DNA of 64,000 bases from assembly GCA_951406725.2 (NCBI GenBank), contig OX597818.1, forward strand, positions 16,368,001 to 16,432,000. The letters run 5' to 3'. The notes beneath the pieces are model-generated. The model was not told the origin of the DNA, made no database searches, and saw only the letters and a list, made by a program, of their open reading frames with translations. The translations under genes were made by a program, and so were the position numbers. Within the stretch, counting starts at the first letter, position 1; each line of letters opens with the position of its first letter. Origin of the DNA: Octopus vulgaris. Taxonomy: Eukaryota. Positions 12,741-26,659 of the stretch are shown here, one piece after another.

Positions 12741-14965
12741 TAAAAGCGATGGAATAATTTCTGGAATATTGGAATAGTTTCAGTTTTCGAAAAATATTAT
12801 TGATTTCATAACTTGCTCTCGGATTCATTTCATTTTCCAAATGTTTTGTTTCAATAACATTGTCTAACAGAGGTTTCTTAAAAGGAAATTTAGTAGTAAT
12901 TTTCGACAAAAATTTAGGTATCGCAGAAGTCACCAATATCAAGGCAATCCGTGTGAATGTTGATAGACCCAAATCCTTTCGACTTATTATGTTATTGCAA
13001 GCAAAGAAAAAAGATACGATTAGAAATAGTTTTACAATGGATTTACCAATCTCGTGTCTCAAAGGACAGTGTTTGTTAACGATTACTTTAAACAACTTGA
13101 CTTTAATGAATTCCTCTCCACATATTGACAGAACTAAATCTGGGTGAACAGGTTTGGTTAACTGTATAAATTCAACAAGAAATACGTAGCTTGAATAAAA
13201 TGCCCATGCTATATGAATTGGCAATGACATCAACGATAAAATTACAATAACACACTTGAAAATATGACTACGTTTCTCATAGAGAGGTAAAATATACACT
13301 TTGAAATAACTTAATGGTAAAGTTAGAATCAAATATACGAAGGGGATTCCGTAATAAACGAGACACAGAAGAAATTCGCAGATAGAAAATACAGCAAATA
13401 AAATCACAATAAAAGGAAAAAAAATATAAATTTTGGAACATTTTCATCCCATTTTTTTTATACGTTTAATCCAAGTACTAAATAGTAAGTACCAGAAATC
13501 TGGGTTTGCAGCAACAGAAATATTAGCTTTCATTATTGCAAGGAGTCGATCATAATCCTGAAGTGCAGTAACATTCAAATTACCATACTCCATTAAAAAT
13601 TTTTTATCTTTAATGAGAAATGTGCAAGTGGATTCTTGATATAATGCATTATAAGCAATAGTGTCACTTACACGACTGAGAAGAACTAAGAGAATAAAGT
13701 TAACAATTATGTAACTGATTATCCCAACAATATGATTCAAAACAAAACTACCTGAAAGTTCATTACCTTTCGGGATTCCTAGAATGGAGGAGCGATAACC
13801 CAACGGAATACGATCGTGTGAAAATATTGTCAACGTTTCATATAAAAATAAGTAATACAGTAATAGATCCAGGAGAATTTCTGAGAGAGAAAGCAGAATA
13901 AGAAAGCCTCTTCTTAGTCTTGAAACAACAGTAGTCGAATAATGAAAGCAAAATAACCACGATGAAAAAATGAGAAAAACTGCAAATATCATGTTTTACA
14001 CAAATCCATTCCAATTTGTCTGGCAATGTGTGTTCAATTGTAAATTCATCGTGATGTAATTGTTGCTTGTTAGATTCAGGGGAATCTGGCGATGCGTGTT
14101 CAATTGACAAGACGACTTCCTCGTCAGCTGATTGTTACTGGTTAGGTTCACTGGAATTTGGCGATGTGTTTTTAGTTGGCAAAGAGTGGTTAGCTGATAG
14201 TGGTAATTTAGCTTCTGATACAAAACTGATGAATAATGGAAATATAACCCACAGAACTGCTCCAACAATATTTGCACAATTGTCAAACATACTATTTTCA
14301 ATGATATTTCCAGAACAAATGGATTTCGATTCGTAAGTGTGCTTATCATTTTCATGTAGTTCACAGCAATGGTTCTTCAGTATCTCTCGATTTATACCCA
14401 ATCTTCTCTATGTTGATAACGTAGAAAGGCTGTTATTCCTCAAGCGACGCGACAAATTTATAAAAAAACACATATATCCAGATTCTCCCATCTGCAAGTT
14501 ATCGATAAATACGATTCTCTTTAATTCTTCGAAAATCAAACTTACCGAATCGTATCTCCGAATATTTTGTTTTCCACAATTTATATCGACAACAATATTT
14601 AGAGAAGCAATGTAAAAGTCTAATATATTAAATTAATGAACTGAAAAATCAAAGAGGACATTTTTATACATTACTAAACCATCTGGTTTATCTGGAATCC
14701 ACATGAAATGCCTCGCATTTGCAAAATAATCCAGTGGTACAGGATTGAGAAGATCATCGAGCTTTTTATCAGCTATATGGACTTCAAAATTGAAAACCAG
14801 TTTGCCTGATTTTACTAACCGAGTTAAATTTTGACTGACATTAGGAGAAATTTTAATTTCACAATTATTTTCGAGGTTTTCCGCTTGTATGTTAATGATT
14901 GATGTCAGTGAGATAATAATGGTGATTGATAAAAGAAGTGCTTTTACAATTTTCATGACTGCCGT
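12727..14965 (-). pseudogene. Pseudogene of the tandem multipass membrane protein family (copy B)
   Basis: ORF pieces 14633-14956, 14135-14401, 13838-14110, 13444-13992 and 12727-13407 align in order to the 736-aa paralog. First ATG is ACG; there are several in-frame stops (e.g. TCA>TAA at 14633), a frameshift near 13970, and loss of the ~50-aa LAKPDTVG segment. Confidence 0.9.
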
Positions 14966-15521
14966 ATTCAGTTATCTGTAATAAAGAAAAATTGAACACA
15001 TAAACAAATGAAGGGTTAATTTTATTTGGCTTATTTCGTAACTATTTGAATTTGAGAATATTTATTCAAAACCGAAGTTAAATGTCTTGTAGATTATTTA
15101 GTTTAGTTTTTGTTCATAATTTCGCTGAGATATTTTCGCATCAATACTTTGACACTTCCTCCCTTGAAGATTAATATTTAGATTTCTTTGAGTAAAAAAA
15201 AAAAATATACATTTTATATGGTATTTGATGGTTCTTAGAAGCTGGCAGAATTGTTTACATGCCGGATAAAATGCTTTGTGGTGTTTTGTCTGTCTTTATA
15301 TACTTCAAATTTCGCTGAGGTCGTCTTATCCGTTCGGAGTCGATAAAAACTTCTTTAACTATTTTCAGCCATTATACTGCAGCCCTGCTGGTGCCCACTT
15401 TGAGCTTTTAGTTGAATGAATCGACCCCAATACTTAATTTTTAAGCCTGGTACTTATTTTATCGATCAATTTGCCGAGCCACAAACATCTCCCCACACAC
15501 ACATCCAACCCACGTAAGTAT

Positions 15522-15605
<84 letters not shown>

Positions 15606-15619
15606 TATATATATTTTAA

Positions 15620-16835
15620 TAATAGATCACCGTGCATTGACTAAGGAAAATAGTCTAATAAAGGGGAAAATAAACCCTCGTCAGAGAAAAGAAGGCTTTT
15701 CTATCTGCATAGGAGTCGAACCCACATTCCTTTGTTAACGTGACTGTGTTACCTTTATACTAGCCAATTAGCCTCCCTTTTCCTGGGAAATTTAAGAACT
15801 ATAATAGTTCGTGTTTGTTTGTATCTTTTGTATGTAAACAAACTTCCTATGTGTTTTCAGTGCGAATGGTTTTTATACTGTGCCGTTTTTACAATACTGT
15901 TAATAATAATAATGGTATTTTTATATAAGCTTAAAGCTTATTGCGACCACCGTGCAATAACTAGGGTAAATAGGGATCTTTTCGGTTTGAACGGCAGTTT
16001 TTAACATAATTTCTAGGTAACTAAAAATTTTAAACTTCGTATACTGGTAGAATGTGTTTATAAAACATCTTTTTCTCTTGGCTTTATTGAGAAAATTCTA
16101 TAGTTTGTAAGATATCTGTTGTTTCTTTCTTCAATTTCTGCAATTTCAACCAATCAAATACGTCTATTGAGGTAAAAAAAAACATTCTGTGCCGTATGAA
16201 TATGTCCCTCGTTTAAGAAACAGATTGGGTTTATTTATTTTCGTGAAGAAAAAAAAGATACTCTTCTCCCCACCCCTAACCCTAAACCTAACCCTAACTA
16301 AACCTAACCCTAAAACAGATTGAAATGCAATAGATCGATACTAGGGTCATAATTTTGAGTGACAATTTCATATGACACCGCTAGAAAAAACTGCCGTTCA
16401 AACCGAAAAGATCCGAAAATAGTATAATAAAGGGGCATAAACAGAAGGATTTCCTATCCGCGTGGATATGTAAATAAACTTTCTATATGCTTTCGGTTTT
16501 TTTTTTTTATGCGGCGCCGTTTTTACAATACTGTAAATAATAATGAAACAAACACGAACTATTATAGTTCTTAAATTTCACAGGAAAAGAAAGTTTGATT
16601 CGCTGGTGAAAAGGTAATACACTTAGTCGCGTTAACAAAGGGATGTGGGTTCAACTCCCATACGGATAGGAAAGCCTTCTATTTTTCTGTTGATGGTTTA
16701 TATGCCTCTTTATTAGACTATTTTCCTCAGCCAATGCACGGTGATCGCTTTAAGCTTATATAAATATACCATTATTATTATTTACAAGATTGTAAAAGCG
16801 GCACCGTGTAAAAAGCCATTCGCACCGAAAGCATA
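15620..16835. mobile_element. Rearranged, inverted copies of a tRNA-headed short element
   Basis: 15622-15830 is the reverse complement of 16545-16746; the + copy has A-box/B-box-like tggtgaaaagg...ggttcaactcc at ~16603-16660. Confidence 0.5.
15974..16414. mobile_element. MITE with ~28-bp TIRs and 8-bp TSD (hAT-like), containing CCCTAA-type repeats
   Basis: TIRs ggatcttttcggtttgaacggcagtttt / aaaactgccgttcaaaccgaaaagatcc; flanks gtaaatag / gaaaatag; the uninterrupted site is visible at ~15645. Confidence 0.8.
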
Positions 16836-16849
16836 TATATATATACACA

Positions 16850-17015
16850 TACGACGGGCTTCTTTCAGTTTCTGTCTACCAAATCCACTCACAACGGTTT
16901 GGTCAGCTCGAGGCTATAGTAGAAAACACTTGCCCAAGGTTTGATGCAGTAAGACTGCACCTCAAACCATGTGGTTGGGAAGCAAGTTTTTTACCACACA
17001 GCCACGCTCACGCCT
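16850..17015 (-). mobile_element. tRNA-derived SINE, 5' part
   Basis: Matches the head of the SINE at 47140 and 48210-48377. Confidence 0.7.
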
Positions 17016-18252
17016 TTGTTCGATAAAATTTAAATGCCATTTTTTAATTATGAGTATTTAGGAGACTGTACAGAGACGAATTATATTGTTGTAAACTCTT
17101 ACGTATTTCCTTATACAGTGCGCATGGTAAAATAACTTCACCACTATTTCTATGGGGTCAATGTATCCAGTTTTTCTCCGCTGCTCAGACAGAATGGAAA
17201 AATGCAACACCATTTTATAGGGATTCCAAGAATGGTAGGAGAACGAAAGCAATCTCAGATCATTGTTTATGATCTGAATGTGAAATGACCAACTAAAAAT
17301 GACAACTAAATATCCCTCATATCATCCCTTAAATTTTTAGAAAAGGATACATTGGATAGAAACTTTCGAGTGGGCATTACATATCTATAAACAGGGTAGT
17401 GGTCGGAGATGGATTGCTTCGTATAATAGAACTGCTTATTTAAGGTTGACCTGCGGCTAAACAATAACATCAGTACCAACGACCACAACAGCATCAACAA
17501 TAACAAGTAATAATAATAATTTTCTTACATTTTTTCTGGGCGAGTTACTATGAGATATATATGTGTGTATATATATATATATATTCAGTAAATACTGTAA
17601 AGTACAGCTTTAACTAATTTCTTAGAAACATCAGTATTAATTCTCGAACATGAAAGCAAACTTTTTCTGCTTTCGGGATTAAACTAAATGTGGGAGAAAA
17701 CAGTTGGTCTACAATATAACGACTTGAGCTTGAGTGATTTATTCACTTCAAATGAAACAAACATATATGCATAGCTACATACATATATATTTATATATGT
17801 ACATATATACATATATGAATATATACATACATAAGGTAGATAACGACAATGCTGTCTGCGATTATTAGTTGCAAACAACTTGCAGATAGAAGTTCTAACT
17901 GTTAAAAGTCACGTATACCGAACAATAGCAGACGTATGAAGTCATAACGAGAGAATGCACTCTGTGTTTGAGACCTTTCTTTTGCTGGTATTATGGCATG
18001 CTGATCCCACTTACGGAAATAAGACCTTGCTTGCCAAATCAATTGGTTCACGCAGTATTCTTTTCGCCGTTGAGTATAAAAGGAGGGAGATATGTATATG
18101 AATGTATGCACATAGGTAGGCGTCTATATGTCTGTATATATATATATGTGTGTGTGTGCGCGTGAGTATATTGTATGTATGCATATATGGACACACACAG
18201 AGGCATATGTGTGTGTATGCATTTGTGTGTGTGTCTGTGTGTGTGTATCTGT

Positions 18253-18296
<44 letters not shown>

Positions 18297-19078
18297 GAGT
18301 GTGAAATTTTAAACATATCCATACATTTTTCCTTTGCCACTACTATTAACTGTTATCAAGTATTCTGGTTTACATTTTGTCTTTTCATGACCAGGTTACC
18401 AGGCAACTGAAACATTCAAAATGTCTATTAATTATCACCAGCATTGTATCAACAACACATTATTTAAATTAAATGACAAAGTCTAGTTAAATGTTTGTTA
18501 CCAACCAGGGAAATGTTCCAGTCTTGGCTATATGCTTAGCCTAAATATGACCTAACTTAGCGCGTTTACTCACAGTTAGAGAAGGATAATAATACACACA
18601 CAATAACGTCTTTAGATTACATTCTAAACATACGAGGTGGTATTAAAATGTTCCCGGCTAGTTATCTTATAACTTATGAAATGAGAAGAGTGCAAGAGCG
18701 ATACTGTGAAGGGAAATATAATGGCATGGAGCAGTGGTTCCCAAACTTTTTAGAGTCGCGGCCCACTATTTATCACACCAGTTTATGACGGCTCACTTAA
18801 CTCTACTGAGTAAAAACATTAATGAAATTAACAAATTTATTTCAGATTTCATCTTCAGTGAGGCCTGTGAGAAGGATGAGCCTGTTTCTTGCTACGCTCA
18901 ATAATAGACTTAACATCTATTGATCTATCTACCGTCTAGCTGCTGTCTATTCCAATCATTTCATTGGCTAATTGATAGCCTCCTGGTGATCACACCTATA
19001 CTTTTTTAATAATTTATATACTTACTGGTGAAATCCATAATGTCTTATTTATTAAAATTTTTTGCTATTTATATTAAA

Positions 19079-21040
19079 CTAGCTGAAGGTGACCCGCTCT
19101 ACACGCGGGTAAGAGTGTGGTTGTTACTTTCTGTTGCTTCCTTTCAGCACGTAAAAAGCACCATCCGAACGTGGCGGATTGCAGCGCCGCCTTGACTGGC
19201 TTCTGTGCTGGTGGCACGTAAAAAGCACCAACCGATCGTGGCCGTTGCCAGCCCCCCTGGAACCTGTGCCGGCGGCACTAAAAAAGCACCCACTACGCTC
19301 ACAGAGTGGTTGGCGTTAGGAAGGGCATCCACCTGTAGAAACACTGCCAGATCGGACTGGAGCCTGGTGCAGCCTCCTGGCTTCCCAGACCCCGGTCAAA
19401 CTGTCCAACCCGTGCTAGCACGTAAAACGGACGTTAAACGATGATGATGATGATAATGTTTCTCCCTCTTTGTTTCTCTCTCACTTTCCCCACTCTCTTA
19501 CTCTTCCTTTCTCTCGGACTCTCCCTCACTTTCTCTTACTCTCTATCTTTATCTATCTCTCTCCCATTTATAAACAACAAAAGATCTTGAGTAAGTTGAG
19601 AAATAAAATATTTAGAAAGATCAATCATAAATATCAGGCAGTAACAACAGAAAGGTCTGCTTCAAGGCAGACAGCAAAACACTAACATTTAAAAGGGACA
19701 GACGAACATGCGAACTGAATAAAATTAATAAAATATTGGAAACCAAAGTTTGAAGGGATAGAATCTGAGGGTAGTAGAGTCAGCATGGCTGGCATTTCTT
19801 AACGACGGACAGCAACGTTTTGACAGTTTAATGGCTGGCGTAAAATTTTGAACTTGATGTAAAAGAAAATCCCTAAACACCAAGTTTTGAAGTGATTCTT
19901 TTTCACAACAGTAGACTCACCATGGCAAGCATTCAAAACTTCTTCATCATGGACGGCAACACATTGACGATTAAAAGGCTGGCGCAAATTTTTTAGCTTG
20001 ATGTAACAGAGAATTCCTAAACACCCGCTCCTTTAAATTTTAATCCCTTTCCAGCCCCATTTAGACCCCTTTTCACATTTTGATTAATATAACGCGATTT
20101 CATTCGGGTGTACTGGGGCCACATTTTATAAGATGAGGAATTTTGTCCTAGAGGTCACGCCTTTCATTTGAGGAAAAAAAATAGTTGTCATGCAAACTTG
20201 CCAGCACTTTTAACATAGGTTTGCATCTATGTATGTGTGTGTATGTATGTGTATGTATGTGTGTGTATGTATGTGTGTATGTGTGTGTATGTATGTGTGT
20301 GTGTATGTATGTATTTCCATTGAGTCAACCTCACTATTTTCTACATAGCAGACCGTTACATAAACAGGCAAAGGTACATACAAACATACACACTCACACA
20401 TACATACACACACATACACACATACACACACATACATACACATACATACACACTCATACATAGATACATACACACACACACATACACATACATGCATACA
20501 CACGCAAGCACTACAAAAATCGAGTAAAAAATTTCAGTTATCTCTCTCTTTCACACAGACAGATACATAAAAGAAGGCCGTTTGTATGAAATAGAGTGAG
20601 TATTGTTTGTTGGTGGTGTTGGTGGTGGCGATGATAATTATCATTAGGAAAAAGAGTGAGTGAGTGAGGAAGAAATATACATAAGTTGTGGCGATGATAA
20701 TTCTCCCTATGAATGCAGACAGATACATCAAAGAACGCCGTCTGACGAACTTAAAAAGGGAAAGTGAAAGGGAGTTGAGGGGAATACATTAAATAACGGG
20801 TGTGGACTTCTCAAAGTTATACATGAAGGGGAGTAAGAGAGGGAAAGGAGGAAATAGCGTGAGTGAGGAAGATGGCCCCTAGCAACCACACCTTTTAAGC
20901 TAGATATTTCTACGGTAGCCCACGGGCATCGTCACCTCATTCTACATGTCCCTGTAAATTTTGGAGCGAATCAGACGGGACGTAGTGGCATTGAAAGCGA
21001 TCCAAGCGGTAAAAACGCATTTCAGTTTTATATATAGAGA
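19079..21040 (-). mobile_element. Non-autonomous Helitron nested in the hAT element
   Basis: The minus strand starts A|TCTCTATATATAAAA and ends with hairpin acccgc-gtgtaga-gcgggt followed by CTAG|T. Confidence 0.7.
19143..19455 (+). mobile_element. 5'-truncated SINE/LINE tail with (GAT)n end, nested in the Helitron
   Basis: Repeated ggcacgtaaaaagcacc units; ends ggacgttaaacgatgatgatgatgat. Confidence 0.65.
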
Positions 21041-21699
21041 TGTGAAACAAAACGTTTTATAACTGTTTCAATGTCTCTATACCCTATGTGTAAATACTAA
21101 CACTAATACAAAACCTTGAAGTAGTAACTGTTATCGGCTCGATCAGTGTTATACTTCGCCTTGTTAAAGTTCTCTATAAATAGGTAAAAACGGACCTTTC
21201 CTTTTTTACGATTACGTACGAATAAATAAGTTGAGAAAATGACAACCTCTGATTTGTTAATTCCGTGAAAAAGCCTACTGCTTGATAAAACAACAAGTTT
21301 GGTATTGAAAACATAAGCCTTGAACTATCTCGATAGACAGTAGTTAACCAAAGCTAATGCGTAATTTTATAACTTTTTGCGACCCACTAAGATTCCGTTC
21401 GCGACCCATCTGTATGTATGCATGTATGGACACACACACAGGCCTATATATGTGTATGTATTTGTGTGTGTGTGTGTGTCTGTGTCTGTGTACACACAAA
21501 CACACGCACACACACAGGCATAGTTTGGGAACCACTGGAATGGAGAATGTGACTGATATCAGAAAAGGGAAGAATAGAGTTGTATAAGCAACAACTATGG
21601 AGTAGCAGTGGAATAGTAACGTTAATACAGTTGCCATTTAGAGATAGACATGCGCGTGCTTTCAATCTGTCCTCTCTCGCTCGCGTCTCTCTCGCTCGC

Positions 21700-21743
<44 letters not shown>

Positions 21744-22269
21744 GTCGTTCTCTTTCTCTCTATCTCTCACTCTCTGTCTGTCTCTGTCTGTCTGTTTCTC
21801 TCCCTCTCCCCCTCTCTCTCTCTCTGTAACACGCACACATATGCACAGACTCACAAATCTATAGACAAGTATATTTGACAACGTTTTAACCGAAATTATC
21901 CGGAAATAACCGAAATATTCCATTTTTCCATTTATGAACAGACGATAAAGAAGTTATCGTCTGCTAAATTCTTAAAGTCAAATCATTTTCTTTTTCACGA
22001 AGACGATGTTTCAAGTCAACATTGATAGTGTAGTACCTTCTTAATTTCGTTTTTATTATTTACAAAATTATAATCACTCATTCATCTATCGCAAAGTTAG
22101 AAAGAGAGATTTCTAAATGAGAAATTGTTATCACTTAGTATCTTATCCGTTTTGGTGTTGTAATTTTCTGTCACGTTCTGTTCACGAAACCATCTAAAGT
22201 TTAAACTGAAGGTGAAGTTCTTTACTGAATTTATTGAAAAATATTCAACAATTACATTAATTTATTAAT

Positions 22270-23880
22270 TCACCCCTTTAATAAAGTCATGGGTGATGAT
22301 AACTACATGTTCAGAGCTGTGTCACTCATGCTCAAAAACAACACAAATTACCGAACTCTTCGGAAAGAGTCCGTACGATACATATGCAATAATTGGAAGT
22401 ATTTTCATTCTTTTATTCCTAATAGGACAACGCAGGAATACCAAGCATACATGATTAGGGATGGAACATACATTGGTAATGTGGAATTAGCTGCCATTAG
22501 TGAATTGTACAATGTTACAATTCAGGTTCACCACAAAAATGACGATGAAATTATTCTTCCTCTGTTCACCGTTTGCAGCAAACATTTACAGAAAAGAAGA
22601 TTTCATTGTTGTACAGTGGCGAAATTGACAGCGGCCACTATGATGCTCTCTTTCTCATAAACAACCATGAGGAAATGAAATATCACAAGACAGTAAAAAA
22701 GTCAAAAGAATGAGAATTCAAATACTTAATATGAAAAGCGAAGAAGAAAGCAAAAACCATCGGGAAGTTAGGTTGCAAGAAATGAGGGAGTATTAGAGGA
22801 GGACAAGAGAACAAGAAGGTGATAAAGATATGGGAATAAGATTGCAGAGAAAGAAGGAAAATTATAGAAATATAAACGTAGAAGAAAATAAAAAAGTCAA
22901 AGAAATACGATTGCAAAAAGGAGAGAAAAGGTAGAATAAATAGAAAACAAGAGTGAAAGCGGCCGAAAAATACGATTAAAAAGGAGAAAGCTTTCCAGAG
23001 AAAATCAGCAGAAAACGTATTGACGATTTCAATGGCAAGGTGTAGCATTTAATTATGATCCTAATCGTAAGTTATGCACCTGAAAAAATTGTCCCCCTGG
23101 GCTCTATGTACAAAACATGGGAAAAGTGTGGTGTTAGGAAGTGAGGCAAAGAACCATTAGGTATGTGTTGTTATAAAGGTAAAGTCCATTTACTAATAAC
23201 TGAGCCTCAAGAACTTATAAAACATCCTGTTTTGGGTACCACTTCAGAATCAAAACACTTTCTTAAAAATATTCTAGCATACAATTGTGCTTTTCAAATG
23301 ACATCATTTCAGGCAAAACTTAAGTGGATTTATGCTGACTTTTAAAGTGCAAGGACAAATTTATCTCTTAAGCCTTTACAGAATAAAGATACACAATTTT
23401 TTCAAATATATTTTATAGGTGACGTTCAAAAAGAAGCACAGTGTTGCAGCAATAATTGTCCAGGTACAAGATTTGAATTTCTTTTTAAGCTTCAAGAAAT
23501 GCTTTACGAAAAGAATTCTTATGTGAGAAGCTTTCAGTATGCTTTAGAATATACTTCAACTGCGGACTTTCAAGTTGTCATTGATGCCGACAAAAGACCA
23601 GCAGGAGAACATGTCCGTCGATTCAATGTTCTTGAGTGTAATGAAGTGGCAATTATTATTGTTGGAGAACGAGATATTGTTTTGAAGTATTGTGACAATA
23701 GCATCACGTTCATAAATGAAACTCATCGTTCATATCATACTTTACAATACCCCTTGCTTTTTGTTAACGGAAAAGATTGATACTACTTTGATATACCACA
23801 AGCTTGAGGAATCACTTCCAAAAGAACTGTATCCTGTAAGGAATACTACGTTCATCGATTGATGATTTGAATATTATGTG
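22270..23880 (+). mobile_element. Degenerate Helitron coding region: OTU-like protease domain followed by the RepHel N-terminal region
   Basis: OTU: GDDNYMFRAVS...GNVELAAISELYNVTIQVH...SGHYDAL. Helitron: CCYKGKV...FLKNILAYNCAFQMTSF, KRPAGEHVRRFN..NEVAIII, ETHRSYHTLQYPLLF. Frameshifted. Confidence 0.8.
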
Positions 23881-23899
23881 AATAATATTCGAATATTAT

Positions 23900-26420
23900 G
23901 TTCATCGATTGATGATTCGAATAATAGTGTGAATAACGGTGGTAATGGAACTGAAGCCCTTGATGGTGACAGCGTTGTACCCTGCAGGCTCAAAGATAAT
24001 GATGCGGCTCCAGTCGGTCGTTATCCAGCAAGAGACCAGCACACACGGCGTTGATGGAACGAAAAAGTCAATGCTGTGGTCATGAAGTGTTAATACCTGA
24101 GCAACCCCGTAGACGAAAATGGTGTTCATCTTAGGGGATCTACGACAGAAAAAGGGCAAGGCTACAAGAGTACGATAGCGGCTTTTTTTGCAACACGAAA
24201 AAGGTGCATCGGTGGAAATTGAACCAAGAAACGAAAAATGCGACTGAAATTCTGAAATACATCAGAACAAAATACATCACAGAAACAAACAATTTGATCA
24301 ATGCGGCAAGTATCTTTGTAGCAGAAAATGTGGGTGTTGATGTCAAGAAAGGGAAATATAATCGGAGTGACAAAAGTAAAGATCCATGGTAGAAAAGGAG
24401 AATACGGTTGGGGTTAGATATGCTCTCAATGGATATTTCTGTGTTAGACCGAAAAGAGAATGAGGAGCTCAAAAGCGAACAAAAATACAAGGCACTGAAA
24501 AGGAAGTATGATATCGAAAGAAAGGGCCTGAAAGTTGTAATGGAGGAACTGAAACAGCGCTTCGTTGCGGAGAAAGCAAAGATGGTAAGACACGATCAAA
24601 GAACGAAAGGATACCACCAAAATAGGTTATTCGGAGTAGAGCAAAAGAGATTCTACAAAGAAATAAAAGGAGATTGTACATACGAAAGTTGATACCGAAT
24701 AACAATGAAAGTCAAATGTTTGGGAGTGACATCTGGATCAAAGACAAAGGGCACAAGAAGGATGCTGAATGGTTGAAAGAACTGAAACAAACAGTATTCT
24801 GTCCAAAACAAGCAGAACTAATCATTTCAGTTACGGAAGTGAAGGAAATTAGCAAAAAATGGGTAACTGGGTGGCCCCGGGACCAGATGGAGTTCAAGGC
24901 TATGAATCAAAACATTTGGTGAATGTCATGCACGAATAGCTGCACAACTCAACACCTTGTTAAATACCGACCAAGTAACAGCAGAGTAGTTGACAATAGA
25001 TAGGACAGTGCAGTGCTTGAAAAATATCGAAAAAGGCAATACGGTAGACAATTACAGGCCGATATCCTGTTTGCCACTTATGTGGAAGATATTGATTGGA
25101 ATACTCACAAAGTCAATGTACGAAGATCTTGAAAAAATGGAGTCCTACCACCTGAGAAGAAGGGTTGCAAGCGTAAATGCAGAAGACAAAACTGTACTTA
25201 GAGACTGCAAGCGTAAGAAAACTAACATTGCCATTGAATCGATTATCGTAAGGCGTACGATACAATCCCAAATTCTTGGATTATGGAATGTATGAACCTC
25301 TTTGTTATTGCATCGAATGTCGATGTTGAGCAATTTCTTGGAAAATATTTGACGAAATGGAGGACGGAACTGACAGCATATGGAAGAAAATTAGGGACAA
25401 TAGAAGTCAAGAGAGGCATCTTCCAAGGGGACTACCTGTCCCCACTGAATTTTGTATTGTGCATGATACCACTAACAATAATTTTGAGGAAAGAAAAGGT
25501 TTGGTATGTATTCGAAAGCCGCCTACAAAAAGTCAACCACTTGTTATTCATGGATGACCTCAAACTTTATGGTAAAAATGAAATCTAAGTCAGTTCTCTC
25601 GTTGACACGGTGTATACTTTCAATGCTGATATCAGAATGGAGTTCGGACTGAAAAGGTGTGGTGTGTTAGACTTGAAGAGAGACAAACTCAAATGTATAG
25701 ATGGGCTAACGATAGCGTCGGGAGAGTTTATGAAGCAGATAGAAAAGACGGACTTTAAATACTTGGGGATATTGGAAATAGATAAATTGATGGAGAAAGA
25801 AAAATTTAAGGTGGAGTACTTGCGCAGATTGAGACTGATCCTCAAATCGAATAAGATTGAAGCTATCAACACCTGGGCGGTTTCACAACTTAGATATGGA
25901 GCAGGGATAATCGCAAGGACAGTAGATGAATTAAACAGCATAGATAGAAAGATAAATTTCTGACTAGATATGGGATACTCTACCCCAAAAGTGACACAGA
26001 CAGAATGTATGTACCAAGAAAAAGAGGGTGAAAGGGACTGATAGGATGCAAACACAGCATTAGAGCAGAAGAAAACAACATAGTATGGTAAGTAAAAATG
26101 CCACAGAACCACTATCATTGGAAGTAAGAAAGTCATGCTTGTGTAGGATGGAAGATTGCAAAGATAACGCACTGTACAAGGACTTGAGAATGAATGAAAC
26201 GGAAAATAGGTGGATAAAGAAAAGAATGCATAGGCAATTTCAGAGGGATGTTGAAGTTAAGACAGACAGAGGAAAAAGTTGGTTATGGATGACTAAAAGT
26301 GATTTAAAACCGAAAAAAGGGGCTATAATCTGTGCTGCCCGTGTGCAAACATTAAACCTAATTACAACAATAATAATAGTTATATTAATAATGATAATAA
26401 TAATGATTTCTTTTATTTGC
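23900..26420 (+). mobile_element. Degenerate R4/Dong-like non-LTR retrotransposon
   Basis: Broken RT: NYRPISCLPLMWK, GIFQGDYLSPL, NHLLFMDDLKLY, IRMEFGLKRC, FKYLGILE. Confidence 0.85.
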
Positions 26421-26659
26421 CACCAGGGAGAAGGATGAAGGGGACAATACTATTACAGACATAATGTGTGGGGGCTTACCTACAATGAAATGATAATAAT
26501 AATAAATAATAATAGGGTAAAGACCTCCCTTTGATTATGGATCACTATGGAATTGCACCTAGAAATTTCTCCTCCGAGGCACCTTCGGGCAAGGTTGTTT
26601 ATTGAAGAACAGCGGTCGCCCATGCATACCAGTCTCTCATCTCCATGCCACAGATGTTT

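Larger units (their letters stand above)
18732..21537 (-). mobile_element. Non-autonomous hAT (Buster/Charlie-like) element hosting nested insertions
   Basis: TIR CAGTGGTTCCCAAAC at both ends; TSD gcatggag/gaatggag; the minus strand near 18865-18895 encodes KKQAHPSH, resembling the Buster/Charlie transposase C-terminus. Confidence 0.75.
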
